Positions 1 through 10,329 of a stretch of 64,000 nucleotides of DNA are shown piece after piece; position 1 is the stretch's first letter; the number at the start of each line of letters is the position of its first letter. The position numbers and the translations under genes are program-made. Under the pieces are notes generated by a model that searched no databases, was not told the origin of the DNA, and saw only the letters and a program-made list of their open reading frames with translations. Source of the DNA: a virus (lineage: Duplodnaviria; Caudoviricetes); the IMG/VR virus record IMGVR_UViG_3300021256_001754, positions 64,001 to 128,000 of that record; one strand, 5' to 3'.

Positions 1-13
1 GCAATATCCACGT

Positions 14-406
14 GTGTTGTTAATGCCACCAAATAATCTTGGTGCTACAGATAGCTTTAGTTTTGATTTTCAATATATGCGATATGTTACCGAGACTGAT
101 AATGTATTTATAGAATTAATGAAGGTAATGATACCATTATATCAGAATACATCAGATGTATATCTTGTTATAGAAGATAGAGATGCGTGGAGTCTGGAAG
201 TTGTAGATTCATTAATGAAGCTTATACAACAACGATATGGTATAAATGGAGTATTTATTGAAACTAAAGAAGATTATCTCGAAGCAGTAGATGATTACTT
301 TGATCCATATAACGGAATACATATGATGGATATGGATATAGAGAGATATCAATCACTCTATTATCTATGGTATTGTAAAAGTGGAGGTCCGATACCAAAA
401 GAATGA
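14..406 (+). CDS. hypothetical protein (possibly 5'-truncated by the window edge)
   Basis: 130-aa ORF whose stop overlaps the start of the next gene (ATGA coupling at 403-406). Confidence 0.6.
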   Translation: MLLMPPNNLGATDSFSFDFQYMRYVTETDNVFIELMKVMIPLYQNTSDVYLVIEDRDAWSLEVVDSLMKLIQQRYGINGVFIETKEDYLEAVDDYFDPYNGIHMMDMDIERYQSLYYLWYCKSGGPIPKE

Positions 407-1230
407 ATGAGGCTTTAGAAAAAGAAAATTATCTTTCTGAAGCCAGAGCAGTATTCGGGGGTACAATATATGAATATGATATAAAGCAGGCTAATATAAA
501 TATACTGTACTCCTATAATCTTATATCAGATTTTGAATATCAATGGTTACAACTTGCACCAAAGAGTGATAGAAACTGGTATATTGGCAAGAAAGCTCAA
601 ATGGATATAGTCTATAATGGTAAAACAAAATCCGATATAAATAGAGCTATATCCGAAGGGGTATTAAAAGCACGTAGATTATTGGTTGAGTCTAATAATA
701 TTCAACTGGATCAAATATTAAGAGCTGCTAAAGATAGCGTATTTGTAAATAGAACGCTTCCTTTGGATACTTTGAAATTTGATCTGAATGGTAATAATAG
801 ACCTATTGTATTTACACTTAGAAATATCTATGATCATTATATAAGATTCGAAAATGGGATAATTATAATGATTGCAGATAAAAAATCATCCTTTGACGTT
901 GAAGTCAAAGGAATAGATGATAAATTATTACCATTACATCATGATTTTATTTCTGTTTTAGCAAAGCTTATTTATATAAGAAGCTATAATAAAGAAGCAT
1001 CATTAAAAGAGTTTAATCAATTCTACGAAGATTACGTGAGTTTAAAATGTCCAGTAAATATGTATAGAGAATTATCATCTGCTTCTGGATTCAGATATAA
1101 AAACAACTTACATCTTATGATACAACCAATGCCTTTGGTATTGCCGAATGATTTCGATAAGACGATACTTGATATATCTTGTAATTTATCGATATTACGA
1201 GAGTTATATGTATTGATTTATAATAATTAA
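403..1230 (+). CDS. hypothetical protein with DNA-polymerase-palm-like motifs
   Basis: 275-aa ORF; EYDIKQANINIL and AAKDSVFV loosely resemble polymerase motifs A and C; function uncertain. Confidence 0.5.
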   Translation: MNEALEKENYLSEARAVFGGTIYEYDIKQANINILYSYNLISDFEYQWLQLAPKSDRNWYIGKKAQMDIVYNGKTKSDINRAISEGVLKARRLLVESNNIQLDQILRAAKDSVFVNRTLPLDTLKFDLNGNNRPIVFTLRNIYDHYIRFENGIIIMIADKKSSFDVEVKGIDDKLLPLHHDFISVLAKLIYIRSYNKEASLKEFNQFYEDYVSLKCPVNMYRELSSASGFRYKNNLHLMIQPMPLVLPNDFDKTILDISCNLSILRELYVLIYNN

Positions 1231-1256
1231 CCGGCAGGGCTATTAAACCCTACCGG
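1231..1256. terminator. hairpin between convergent genes
   Basis: CCGGCAGGG...CCCTACCGG inverted repeat. Confidence 0.65.
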
Positions 1257-1295
1257 AAATTATTTTTTAAGGATGATATGAATTTATTATATTGT

Positions 1296-1835
1296 TTACA
1301 CGTTAATTTTATTCGCGTAATTAGTTACAGCCAGATTAACTTTAACAAATATAATCCATTCTAATGTAGAAGTATCTGAATTATCTGGTTTATAATTATC
1401 AAGATTAGTCTTACTTAAAAACTCCTCTATATTGAATGGTTTAAAGTAGTATATAATACTGAGCATCTTTACGATATCAGGAGTCATAGACTTCATGACT
1501 GTAAAGTACACATAAGGTAATAGCTGTTCTTCTATCTCTTTAGATGTAATATACTGGTAGTTTCCATCTATTGATGGAGTTTGTACTCTATAAAGATCTA
1601 TAGCGTTTTTTATTATATTCTCTATAATATCGTTTATCTTATCTACTATATTATCTGTAGATAGTATAAGCTCTGTTCTATCTTCTACTTTATCATTCTC
1701 AATTTTATCTTTTTCATTTTCAGATTCATTTATTTTTTTAAACTGTAAAAATAAAATAGTTGTACAAGTTATCAGATATACTATAATAAATAACAGTAAT
1801 ACTACCAATCCAAAAGTTAAATTAATCATTACCAA
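1296..1835 (-). CDS. membrane-anchored hypothetical protein
   Basis: N-terminal hydrophobic helix; coupled to upstream ORF. Confidence 0.7.
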   Translation of the reverse strand: MVMINLTFGLVVLLLFIIVYLITCTTILFLQFKKINESENEKDKIENDKVEDRTELILSTDNIVDKINDIIENIIKNAIDLYRVQTPSIDGNYQYITSKEIEEQLLPYVYFTVMKSMTPDIVKMLSIIYYFKPFNIEEFLSKTNLDNYKPDNSDTSTLEWIIFVKVNLAVTNYANKINV

Positions 1836-2548
1836 TACTCCTCCTGTTGTTCTATTCTTCTATAAGAATCTGGTACAATCTGTATTTGATCTGCCGGCAT
1901 TCCATATTGATTATAATATGCAAAATTCATTAATTCTTCTTGCATCTCTGGTCTTATACTTATAGGCATATCAGATTGATATAAATAACTATACTTGATA
2001 ATCTTTTGTGCTATCTCATAAGTGATTCCATATCTATATTTTGGTAATAATTCCCACCATCTACCAAATGTCATATTTGGTGGAATATATCCTTCCATAT
2101 CGCCTGTAAATAACTGATGCATTGTTGTAGAAAGCATCACTACACCAACTCTATTTTCTCTGTGTTCTTGTATTAATAATTGGATTAATTCGAATGTGTT
2201 TATATGTCCAATGGTGTTTAATACATGCTCACAGATTAGAATACATATATCAAATAATCCCAATACATTATGGTGTAATTCTATTTCTACTTTGTCTCCT
2301 GATTCTATATTACCCATTACCTGACAATGAGTAAATCCTAAACTCATGATATAATTTTTATACTGTTTATATTCTTTAGAACCTCTAAATCGTCGTTCAG
2401 CATTCTTTAAAAAAGATTTATATCTCTCTGGATCAGATAGAGTTTCTTTAGTTTGACTAAAGTATAAATCGTATTCAGCATCAGGAGAAGATAATTTTGG
2501 GTTTATATCATCTTGTGTTATTATACCAAAAATACCATTCTCTTCCAT
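1829..2548 (-). CDS. HNH-like nuclease-fold protein
   Basis: HCQVMGN...IELHH...LSTTMHQLF pattern; GGAGG RBS upstream. Confidence 0.55.
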   Translation of the reverse strand: MEENGIFGIITQDDINPKLSSPDAEYDLYFSQTKETLSDPERYKSFLKNAERRFRGSKEYKQYKNYIMSLGFTHCQVMGNIESGDKVEIELHHNVLGLFDICILICEHVLNTIGHINTFELIQLLIQEHRENRVGVVMLSTTMHQLFTGDMEGYIPPNMTFGRWWELLPKYRYGITYEIAQKIIKYSYLYQSDMPISIRPEMQEELMNFAYYNQYGMPADQIQIVPDSYRRIEQQEEYW

Positions 2549-2621
2549 TATAATCCCTCCTTAAATTAATAAAGTGTAAATCTGTATAAAATTTATTTTT
2601 AAAACTTATATAACTATCTAG

Positions 2622-2745
2622 TAATTGTGTGAGAATGATTCCCGTACTATTAATTTACGTACTTCCTTTCTATCGTTTTTGTACAATTAGTAATTCTTTC
2701 ATTTCATTACGAATTACCCGGTAGGATTGGCTCCTACTGGGCTTT
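2622..2745 (+). ncRNA. candidate small RNA (long stem, anti-SD-like loop, terminator)
   Basis: TAATTGTGTGAGAATGAT pairs (with G-U) to ATCGTTTTTGTACAATTA; loop contains TTCCTTTCT; ends in CCCGGTAGG/CCTACTGGG hairpin plus T-run; no ORF. Confidence 0.45.
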
Positions 2746-2766
2746 TCGTTATATATGTATACCCCG

Positions 2767-2778
2767 AACATGTTGATA
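2767..2778 (+). promoter_or_regulatory. putative phage late promoter AACA-N6-TA
   Basis: AACA-TGTTGA-TA upstream of the structural operon; same motif at 17817, 25005, 26027, 45021, variants at 21613, 34985, 39964, 62504. Confidence 0.55.
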
Positions 2779-2811
2779 ATGAAAACTTCAACAGAAGGAG
2801 GTGAATAAAAG

Positions 2812-5800
2812 GTGTCTTACAGTGTAAATGGCAAAATCTATACAGACCATGCTTTAATGGACGAGATAGTATATAATTGCAAACTTATTATGAAAGGTAT
2901 ACTATTAAAGAACCAAACTGCAGCTGATAATAACGAAACTGCTAGCTCGATTCTATTAGCACAAGATCTCAAAAATATAGTGGAAAACAATTATGTATTT
3001 ACACAGTTTCCATTTACTCATGCCGATTTTATCGAATATGGATACACCTCTACCGAAGCTTCTCAGTTCATAGACAATCCGTCATTAGTGCCGGAAGAAT
3101 ATAGAGCTGATATTCTAGAGATAGGTAAAAGAAATTTTATTAATAATTACGTAGAGCAAAATAACTACTATCGTAATTTGAATGGACTCCCAAATTATAC
3201 CACAGATAGCGATGAAGAAATTGAACGTGCTGAAAGAATATATACTTACGTTCCCAATGGTACAGTTCAAACTGCTAAATTCGCTGTCAATCAATATGGA
3301 TATGTTTATATCGGATATAAGAATCCACAGATTATGGCTAATCCAGATCTAACAACAGAACTTCCATTAGCTGCTCCTATACATACATGGAATAATTACG
3401 AATTAAGTGTATTGAAGCATCTTGGTATATTTGACGAGATTCTTGAAATTTATGGAAAGCAATCGTTATTCAAATATTTAAATTATATGGGTGACGATCC
3501 GCTTGATTATTATGAAGCTAGAAAAGCAGGAAAGTGGGATATATTACGAATACCTTCTTGTGAAAGCTTAGTACAGGATGAATTTAAAAGATTCTTTAAT
3601 ATTGAAAGACATGAATATCTGAGAAAGGCAGATCAGTTAGCTCTATCTTATGGATCAGATTATTATGACGAGATGATAATGATAGAAATACTTTGTCAGA
3701 CTTTTGCAGATATGATTGTAGATGTACCTGAGTGGTATATTCGTAGAGACATATTTGATTTAAGATCTGTACAGTATTTCTTGGAAGCTAACGATATAGC
3801 TTTTTATAAACAAATACCTTTACGATATCAGATAAGAATCGTAAAGAATATGAATAAGCTTATACGATATAAATCTACAAATCAGAATATTAAAGATATT
3901 CTGGAGATTTTTTCGCTTCAAGGTACAACCGTTTATAAGTATTATCTTATAAAGAAATTCTTATATAACGTAAACGGAAGAATATCGGATGAGGATATAG
4001 AAGATGAGTCGTATGATTTTGGATATGACGATGAAGACGAATGGTCTGCTGACTTATTGAATTTGGATTTCTTTACTGAGGAGAATAATAAATTCTATCC
4101 AGAGTATAAAGATCTAGCTGTATTTGATTTTTCAGTATGGTCTGAAGTTCCTGTAGACTTAGATGATTACGATTTTGGATATGAAGTAAACGATTCCACT
4201 ATACCATCTTATGATACAGATGTAGAAGAATTAGATTTCTATAACGATACTGTAGATAGTTTTGATCGTACAGTAAAACTTACAGTATACGATTTTGGAA
4301 ATATGGATGGTTCTTCTGCTGAATCTGTAGAAAGAGAAGAAGAGAGAGACAACTACAAAGAAAGTCAGAAGACTATTGTAGATGAAGATGGTAATGTATA
4401 TGAATTAGTATTTGCCAGATGTCCAGTAGATGAGAATTATGATAATTATATAAGAGATCCTTTCAATCAATACTCTTATGAATATATCACAGAACAGGAT
4501 AAATATTGGGATGGTGAAGATGTACACAACTACGTTAAGAACCAGCATATGATGTTGGATGTAAATGTAGATGCTACAAAATATATGAGTCTTGATTATA
4601 ATATATCTATGGAAGAATATATGTACCAAATGGAATATTTCTTAGGTATGATATTCAATTCCAGAATAGATACTTCTAATATCAAGATTCCTTTACCTAT
4701 AGTAAATGCAAATATATCATATGCTATTACAGATATATTCATGCTTATGTATATCTTATCATATGCATATAATGGAAGAACCTGCAATATCAAAATACCT
4801 ACAGTTTCCAATATAGAAGAGAAACCAGATTATTCTAGTTATAAACTGGTAGATGGTGGTTTCCCATGGAGTGGTGGAGAGGTCGATCCTGATTGGAAAC
4901 TAGAAGATATGGATTTTGGTTGTGAAGAGACTGATGTTATAATATGGTCTGGAGATGAAGAAGACAATTTAGACTTTGGATTCAATGTGGTTATAAACTA
5001 TAGAGGATACTATAGAGATTATGATTTCAGTAAAGGATACGAAGAAGAATATGATTTCATAATAGATGATTTTGGATGTGAAGAAACTGATAAGTTCTAC
5101 TTCCCTGCATCTATTGGAGGATTATTAGACTTCGGATATCATTGTGATGCAGGTTCAAATGTAGATGAATTTACATATGACTACAGAATTGAAATCAATA
5201 ATGATCCAGAACCAGAATCCGACGATTATGGATATGACGATAGTGATACATATGAGTATGACGAAGAAGATCCTGTATTAGATTTTGGAGACGATGATGT
5301 AGATGAATATCAAGCTTGGAGAAGAGAAGATTATGATTACTCTATTATGAATGCTGATAGTTATTCTAATGGAAATCTTTTATTAGCTCCATCTATGTAT
5401 ATCTCAGCATATAATAAGGCATATAAACCTAAATCTAAAAAGAATCTAATGCTTAAACCATTAATGGCTTCTAAGAATGCTATTAAGCAATTTGCTAAAT
5501 ATGTAACAGCAAATGAAGAAGAAGTTGAAGGTGTTATTTTAGGTTCAACCAATAAATGGGTATTTGGAGATTTGTACGATTTCTTAGACGAAGATCCAGA
5601 TTATATTGAGCCTAGAAATAATAAGACATATACAGATCCAAGTTATGACTTTAAGTTTGAAGACAGAGGAGATGTATATGCTAGATATCAACTTAGACGA
5701 TACGATTTCCAACCAGAAGAAGAAACTGATGTATGGGAGACTATAGACCCAGGTGTATATGCAGAAGCAGATGTATGTGATGCTGGAGATGTGTCTGATG

Positions 5801-7527
5801 GTCATCCACAGGATAAGTATCGTAAACGTATTGATGGTGGAGATAAGGAATTCTCTGTTGTTACAATAGATAATTTTTATAATTGGTTAAAGACAAAACA
5901 TCCTGATTTATGGGTTGATAAGACTTGTAAGATATATGGATATAATTTCAAAGCAGATTTAGAAGAAATAAAATCTAATATGGAGATTATGCATTCTAAG
6001 TTTGGTTTCCATGATTGTTTTGGAGCAGAATTAAATTTGTCTAAGAATATAATTACATTCCCTAAGTTACTTACAGATGAAGGAGCACCTATATCTTTCA
6101 TTAAACCATTAAATGGTGTAATACAAACTTATGAGGAGATGTATAATATCTATGAGATAAATACTGTTTGTTATAAGGTATTATCTAAGCTTATAAGTAA
6201 TGCTGCTACAAGAGATGAACAGGTAATTTATCAATATCTTTTTGATACATTATTTATAACTCCATTTGATTATACTTTATACTTGGATAAATCTGGAACT
6301 CCTTATAATACATATGACGAGGTTCTGAGAGATAGAAACTTTAGTCTCTACACGTTCTATCTGAGTATAATGGAAGAGAATGATATAGAGATAAGAAAAG
6401 ATAATATAAGACAAATATTGAATTCTATTGTAGATACTCTTGAGTATTATATTAAGGGAAATAATTTACAGTATATCTATTCATATCTGCCAATATTTGA
6501 TTTCCATTCTCTTATGAAGTATATGATGCTTTTATTGAATTTCTTCAAATCTTGGAAAGTACATTTCTTAGATCCAGTAACAGAATTTGTCATTGGTGGA
6601 GATATAGCAGGCAAGAGAAATAAAGGTATCAAGTCTGATATGTTGGCCGAACATCGCAAGATTCATCTATTACAGGATTTATATGGTATGAGAGATTCAG
6701 CGAGAGTTACTTATGGATTTAATCCTGTAGAGAGATATAAGGTTGGAGTTGCTACTAAGGAAGTCGTTGATACATATGTATACCATAGACCAGATATAAG
6801 AACTATATGTCTGTTTGATGGAATGACTCCTGATGTAGAAGTTGATCACCTTGAATCTGTAAGAGCTACAACTTTTGATCAATCACTTCTTGATGGTGGA
6901 GATGTAACACAATACGGTCCTAAATATAAGATTGATTGTGGAGTTGTAGGAGCTGGATTAGACATACATTATCTTGATGGTGGAGATCCTATTACATATC
7001 AATATTCTGCTGTAGCAGATGGTGGAGATATGAGTGAAGACCTAACACCAGAAGATTATTATTTCAAGAGAAATAGAATTGATGGTGGTGGTATGGGCGA
7101 TAGAATCTACCAGACTAATTCTATTTGGAATGAATTAGAGGATCAGACATTAAAGAGTGATGTTAAACTTAGTGGTAAGATTACTAATAGAATTGAATCT
7201 ACAGAAGATGGATTATATGTGAAAGATGATATGGTTCCTGTAGATAAATTTAACCGGTTTAAGTATGATATGTATCAGAGTAGAATGAGACACCATGAAA
7301 CATTCGATACACAATATACTTATCTTATAGCTGCTAGTGACGACGATGCGTTAAGACGGTTAGTATATAATACAACTGAAGATTTGTTGAAGAGTTCTAG
7401 AATAGCTATAGATGAAATTGGTGGTGGAACAGCTAAAGAAATACTTACCAATAAGGTAGATGGACCTATTAATGAATTTGAGAGATGGTTCCAAGAAACT
7501 AACCCATTCACTTGGGAATTTTTCTAA
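2812..7527 (+). CDS. large virion structural protein, baseplate wedge-like, with acidic DFG/DGG repeat regions
   Basis: 1571 aa, strong RBS GGAGGTG; first gene of a structural cluster; repeated [YLMD]DFG and [ILV]DGG motifs. Confidence 0.7.
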   Translation: MSYSVNGKIYTDHALMDEIVYNCKLIMKGILLKNQTAADNNETASSILLAQDLKNIVENNYVFTQFPFTHADFIEYGYTSTEASQFIDNPSLVPEEYRADILEIGKRNFINNYVEQNNYYRNLNGLPNYTTDSDEEIERAERIYTYVPNGTVQTAKFAVNQYGYVYIGYKNPQIMANPDLTTELPLAAPIHTWNNYELSVLKHLGIFDEILEIYGKQSLFKYLNYMGDDPLDYYEARKAGKWDILRIPSCESLVQDEFKRFFNIERHEYLRKADQLALSYGSDYYDEMIMIEILCQTFADMIVDVPEWYIRRDIFDLRSVQYFLEANDIAFYKQIPLRYQIRIVKNMNKLIRYKSTNQNIKDILEIFSLQGTTVYKYYLIKKFLYNVNGRISDEDIEDESYDFGYDDEDEWSADLLNLDFFTEENNKFYPEYKDLAVFDFSVWSEVPVDLDDYDFGYEVNDSTIPSYDTDVEELDFYNDTVDSFDRTVKLTVYDFGNMDGSSAESVEREEERDNYKESQKTIVDEDGNVYELVFARCPVDENYDNYIRDPFNQYSYEYITEQDKYWDGEDVHNYVKNQHMMLDVNVDATKYMSLDYNISMEEYMYQMEYFLGMIFNSRIDTSNIKIPLPIVNANISYAITDIFMLMYILSYAYNGRTCNIKIPTVSNIEEKPDYSSYKLVDGGFPWSGGEVDPDWKLEDMDFGCEETDVIIWSGDEEDNLDFGFNVVINYRGYYRDYDFSKGYEEEYDFIIDDFGCEETDKFYFPASIGGLLDFGYHCDAGSNVDEFTYDYRIEINNDPEPESDDYGYDDSDTYEYDEEDPVLDFGDDDVDEYQAWRREDYDYSIMNADSYSNGNLLLAPSMYISAYNKAYKPKSKKNLMLKPLMASKNAIKQFAKYVTANEEEVEGVILGSTNKWVFGDLYDFLDEDPDYIEPRNNKTYTDPSYDFKFEDRGDVYARYQLRRYDFQPEEETDVWETIDPGVYAEADVCDAGDVSDGHPQDKYRKRIDGGDKEFSVVTIDNFYNWLKTKHPDLWVDKTCKIYGYNFKADLEEIKSNMEIMHSKFGFHDCFGAELNLSKNIITFPKLLTDEGAPISFIKPLNGVIQTYEEMYNIYEINTVCYKVLSKLISNAATRDEQVIYQYLFDTLFITPFDYTLYLDKSGTPYNTYDEVLRDRNFSLYTFYLSIMEENDIEIRKDNIRQILNSIVDTLEYYIKGNNLQYIYSYLPIFDFHSLMKYMMLLLNFFKSWKVHFLDPVTEFVIGGDIAGKRNKGIKSDMLAEHRKIHLLQDLYGMRDSARVTYGFNPVERYKVGVATKEVVDTYVYHRPDIRTICLFDGMTPDVEVDHLESVRATTFDQSLLDGGDVTQYGPKYKIDCGVVGAGLDIHYLDGGDPITYQYSAVADGGDMSEDLTPEDYYFKRNRIDGGGMGDRIYQTNSIWNELEDQTLKSDVKLSGKITNRIESTEDGLYVKDDMVPVDKFNRFKYDMYQSRMRHHETFDTQYTYLIAASDDDALRRLVYNTTEDLLKSSRIAIDEIGGGTAKEILTNKVDGPINEFERWFQETNPFTWEFF

Positions 7528-8444
7528 AGGAGAAGGATATGAATTCTACATATAAACCTAATTCAAAGAAGATTGTCGACATAAAAGATGAAGGGAAAAT
7601 GGTTGACAAGCTTTCAATAAACAAAGTGATTGAAAAGCGTATGCAAGGTGGACCTAAAGGAACACATATAAAGATTATAAACAAAGCTACCGGTGAAGTT
7701 ATTGACGAAGGACATAATATGGTTATGCTTCCTGGTTCACAGCAGGCAGCTTGTAAGTTATTTGGATTGGATCAGGTAGTTCCTGTTCCTACATATAATT
7801 CAATGCTTGGACTTGATCATACTTTAGGATCTGATTGGAGTTATCAGCCTTACAATGATCCAATCGTTTGTTTATGGGCTGCAGGTAGAAATGGTTATAA
7901 TAATTCTGCTAACGAGGTTAATGCTTTATCTAATCTCGATTATATTACACCAGATACTATATTACCATTCAGATATGTACCAAAGTCAGAAGATCTTCCT
8001 CAGGAGTTAAGATCAGTATACTTTGGTCGTAAAACTATGCCTGATAGTGATTATATTGCTTATTACTTTAAGGCACCTGATACTAAACCTTTACTTCATA
8101 TAAGATACCTTGATGGTACAGAGGTTACTTCTAATCTCTATTCAGTAGATTCTTCTCAGATTGCAGAGATTTGGGTTGAGTCTAGATTATCTGTAACAAG
8201 AAATGATTTCAGAGATTACTTTGATTTGGTTCTTGGATGGGATAATGCAGATTTCAGTACTATATCATTGCTGATTGGATGGTATGATAATAGTATACCA
8301 GAAGATCCAGATGCTTCTGCTGCTGATGCTGTTTACTATAAATGGTACCAGGATGTAATTCCATATTCTAAATGGAATTTCAAAGCAATAGATCTTACTG
8401 ATCTTACAGAAGGTGTATCATTTATATATGAGGTATATTTCTAA
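7512..8444 (+). CDS. virion structural (baseplate-associated) protein
   Basis: 310-aa ORF (likely start 7539 after AGGAGAAGG) directly after the baseplate gene; GHNMVMLPG and YFGRK...IAYYFK pattern. Confidence 0.6.
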   Translation: MGIFLKEKDMNSTYKPNSKKIVDIKDEGKMVDKLSINKVIEKRMQGGPKGTHIKIINKATGEVIDEGHNMVMLPGSQQAACKLFGLDQVVPVPTYNSMLGLDHTLGSDWSYQPYNDPIVCLWAAGRNGYNNSANEVNALSNLDYITPDTILPFRYVPKSEDLPQELRSVYFGRKTMPDSDYIAYYFKAPDTKPLLHIRYLDGTEVTSNLYSVDSSQIAEIWVESRLSVTRNDFRDYFDLVLGWDNADFSTISLLIGWYDNSIPEDPDASAADAVYYKWYQDVIPYSKWNFKAIDLTDLTEGVSFIYEVYF

Positions 8445-8455
8445 ATAAAAGTAAT

Positions 8456-8480
8456 CGTCCAGTAGATATTCTACTGGACG
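8456..8480. terminator. CCAGTAG-family hairpin
   Basis: CGTCCAGTAG-ATATT-CTACTGGACG perfect inverted repeat. Confidence 0.7.
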
Positions 8481-8510
8481 AACTTTTTATTAATAAAGGA
8501 GGCTATAGAT

Positions 8511-9806
8511 ATGGCTGATAGAAAATCTACAACGTGGAAACCTACAGGTAAACCTGTTACGGTAGAAGAACCTATAACTAAAAATAATTTCGCTGATAAG
8601 ATTATCAATATGAAAGAACCAGAAATCAATTATGATTTCATGATGCAGACATTTGGTCAATTTGGTGGAGAACCATTTGCTCATCCATATGATTTATTGG
8701 TTGTACCAGCTGGAGCTTATTCTTTTATAGATGATAAAGGAAAAGAGGTAAAGAATAAAAACGAATTTACAACAACTCTTGGTATATGGATAATCAATAT
8801 GATAATGTCCAAATTCAAATTCAATAGATTATTTGGTGGATATTATAATCATACTATAAATAAGAAAGAGTATGGTAAGATAGAGAAAAGATTATCTTAT
8901 GCATTGATAGAAGATGAAATTACTGTAGATGATTTAAAAGGATGGGAGAATTATGTACAGTGGTTAATGCCATTTGAAGATGTTTTATCTCCTAATCATA
9001 CAGAGAAACTTCTTACTTGCTCTAAAGTTATTTCAAAGAAGAAGAAAGAATTACTTGAGAAGTATAAAGATGAGGTTGAATCAGGTGATCCTGCAATTAT
9101 AGAGAAAATTTCTAAAGAACTTATTGATTTTGCTACAGACTATCTTGGAGATGATCCTGCTATAGATACGATGCTATCTGGAGCTGGCGGATCTATTGGA
9201 AACAATTTTAAGAATACTTATATTATGAGAGGTGCGGTATTAAATCCTGATCCATATGCAAAGAAGAAATATAATATCGTAACCAGTAATCTTATAGATG
9301 GTGTATCTGCTAAAGAATATTCTACAATGGCTGGTACTGGTGTACAAGGAGCTTATTCTAGAGGTAAGAAAACTCGTACAGGTGGATATTGGGAGAAACT
9401 TATGATATCTGCTTATCAGCATATACAGTTAGATCCTAAAGGATCTGATTGTGGAACAAAGCATACAGTTACAGTTAATCTTACTGAAAAGAATATAGAT
9501 TTCTGGATGTATAACTATATTCTTAAATCAGATGGTTCTTATCAATTATTAGATTATAAGTCTAGAGATAAATATATTGGTAAAACTGTTAAATTTAGAT
9601 TCTCTAGTATGTGTAGTTCTAAGACTGGTATATGTAATATATGTGCTGGAGAATTGTTATATCAGATATCAGATAATATAGGAATGACAATGTCTCAGGT
9701 TGGTTCTACACTAAAGAATATCGCAATGAAAGCTTTCCATGATTCTGTAGTTACAATTACTAAATTTGATGCAATGGAAGCGTTTTATCAGGATGACAAA
9801 GAATAA
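8511..9806 (+). CDS. multisubunit RNA polymerase beta-prime subunit fragment (probably virion RNAP)
   Basis: bridge-helix-like GAYSRGKKTRTGGYWEKLM, Zn site DCGT...C...GICNICAG, trigger-loop-like TLKNIAMKAFH. Confidence 0.85.
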   Translation: MADRKSTTWKPTGKPVTVEEPITKNNFADKIINMKEPEINYDFMMQTFGQFGGEPFAHPYDLLVVPAGAYSFIDDKGKEVKNKNEFTTTLGIWIINMIMSKFKFNRLFGGYYNHTINKKEYGKIEKRLSYALIEDEITVDDLKGWENYVQWLMPFEDVLSPNHTEKLLTCSKVISKKKKELLEKYKDEVESGDPAIIEKISKELIDFATDYLGDDPAIDTMLSGAGGSIGNNFKNTYIMRGAVLNPDPYAKKKYNIVTSNLIDGVSAKEYSTMAGTGVQGAYSRGKKTRTGGYWEKLMISAYQHIQLDPKGSDCGTKHTVTVNLTEKNIDFWMYNYILKSDGSYQLLDYKSRDKYIGKTVKFRFSSMCSSKTGICNICAGELLYQISDNIGMTMSQVGSTLKNIAMKAFHDSVVTITKFDAMEAFYQDDKE

Positions 9807-9854
9807 ATATATTGAGGTGGGCATTAAATGCTCACCTCTAATTTCTCTTTAAAA

Positions 9855-9865
9855 TATATACTATA
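9855..9865 (+). promoter_or_regulatory. putative early promoter motif TATATACTATA
   Basis: exact 11-mer upstream of co-oriented non-structural genes: + at 9855, 23954, 55167; - at 32336, 43584, 52573, 58966, 59020. Confidence 0.6.
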
Positions 9866-9888
9866 TTTATGAAAGGAGGATTTAATCT

Positions 9889-10056
9889 ATGCTATTACCA
9901 TTTTTCAAAAATAGACATGAAGAATCTGTAAAGAAGGTATTTGGATTACCAGCATTTTTATTCATGCTAAAGAATGGATTCGAAAGACCCGATGAAAGAA
10001 AAGACGATAAAGAAGTTGTAAAACCTATCTACTTTTTCGAAGAGGACAAGAAATGA
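9889..10056 (+). CDS. small hypothetical protein (55 aa) ending VVKPIYFFEEDKK
   Basis: hand-translated; AAAGGAGG RBS; below ORF-track cutoff. Confidence 0.65.
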   Translation: MLLPFFKNRHEESVKKVFGLPAFLFMLKNGFERPDERKDDKEVVKPIYFFEEDKK

Positions 10057-10061
10057 TTAAA

Positions 10062-10159
10062 TCTCTACCATTATACTGGTAGTTGCCATATGTAAAATTA
10101 TACATATGCGGCAACTTAACTATAAATAGTTATTGAAAGGAAAAGTATAATGGTAGAGA
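10062..10159 (+). promoter_or_regulatory. structured 5' leader that sequesters the start codon at 10150
   Basis: perfect 16-bp IR 10062-10077/10144-10159 enclosing two internal hairpins. Confidence 0.5.
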
Positions 10160-10329
10160 ATGATTTTCTTGAAATACTAAGAAGAAATAACGAAGATGAA
10201 ATCAGGATGTTCATACTTCGATTTGGGAAGAAACCTAAACCTTTCTCACCCATTTATTTTTTCGATCCACAAAATGCTTCTATGAAAGGAGATAATGTAA
10301 ATGAAAGATGGCGAGTTAACAATGAATGA
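10150..10329 (+). CDS. small hypothetical protein (59 aa) containing FSPIYFFD
   Basis: hand-translated MVENDFLEILRR...; GAAAGGA RBS. Confidence 0.55.
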   Translation: MVENDFLEILRRNNEDEIRMFILRFGKKPKPFSPIYFFDPQNASMKGDNVNERWRVNNE

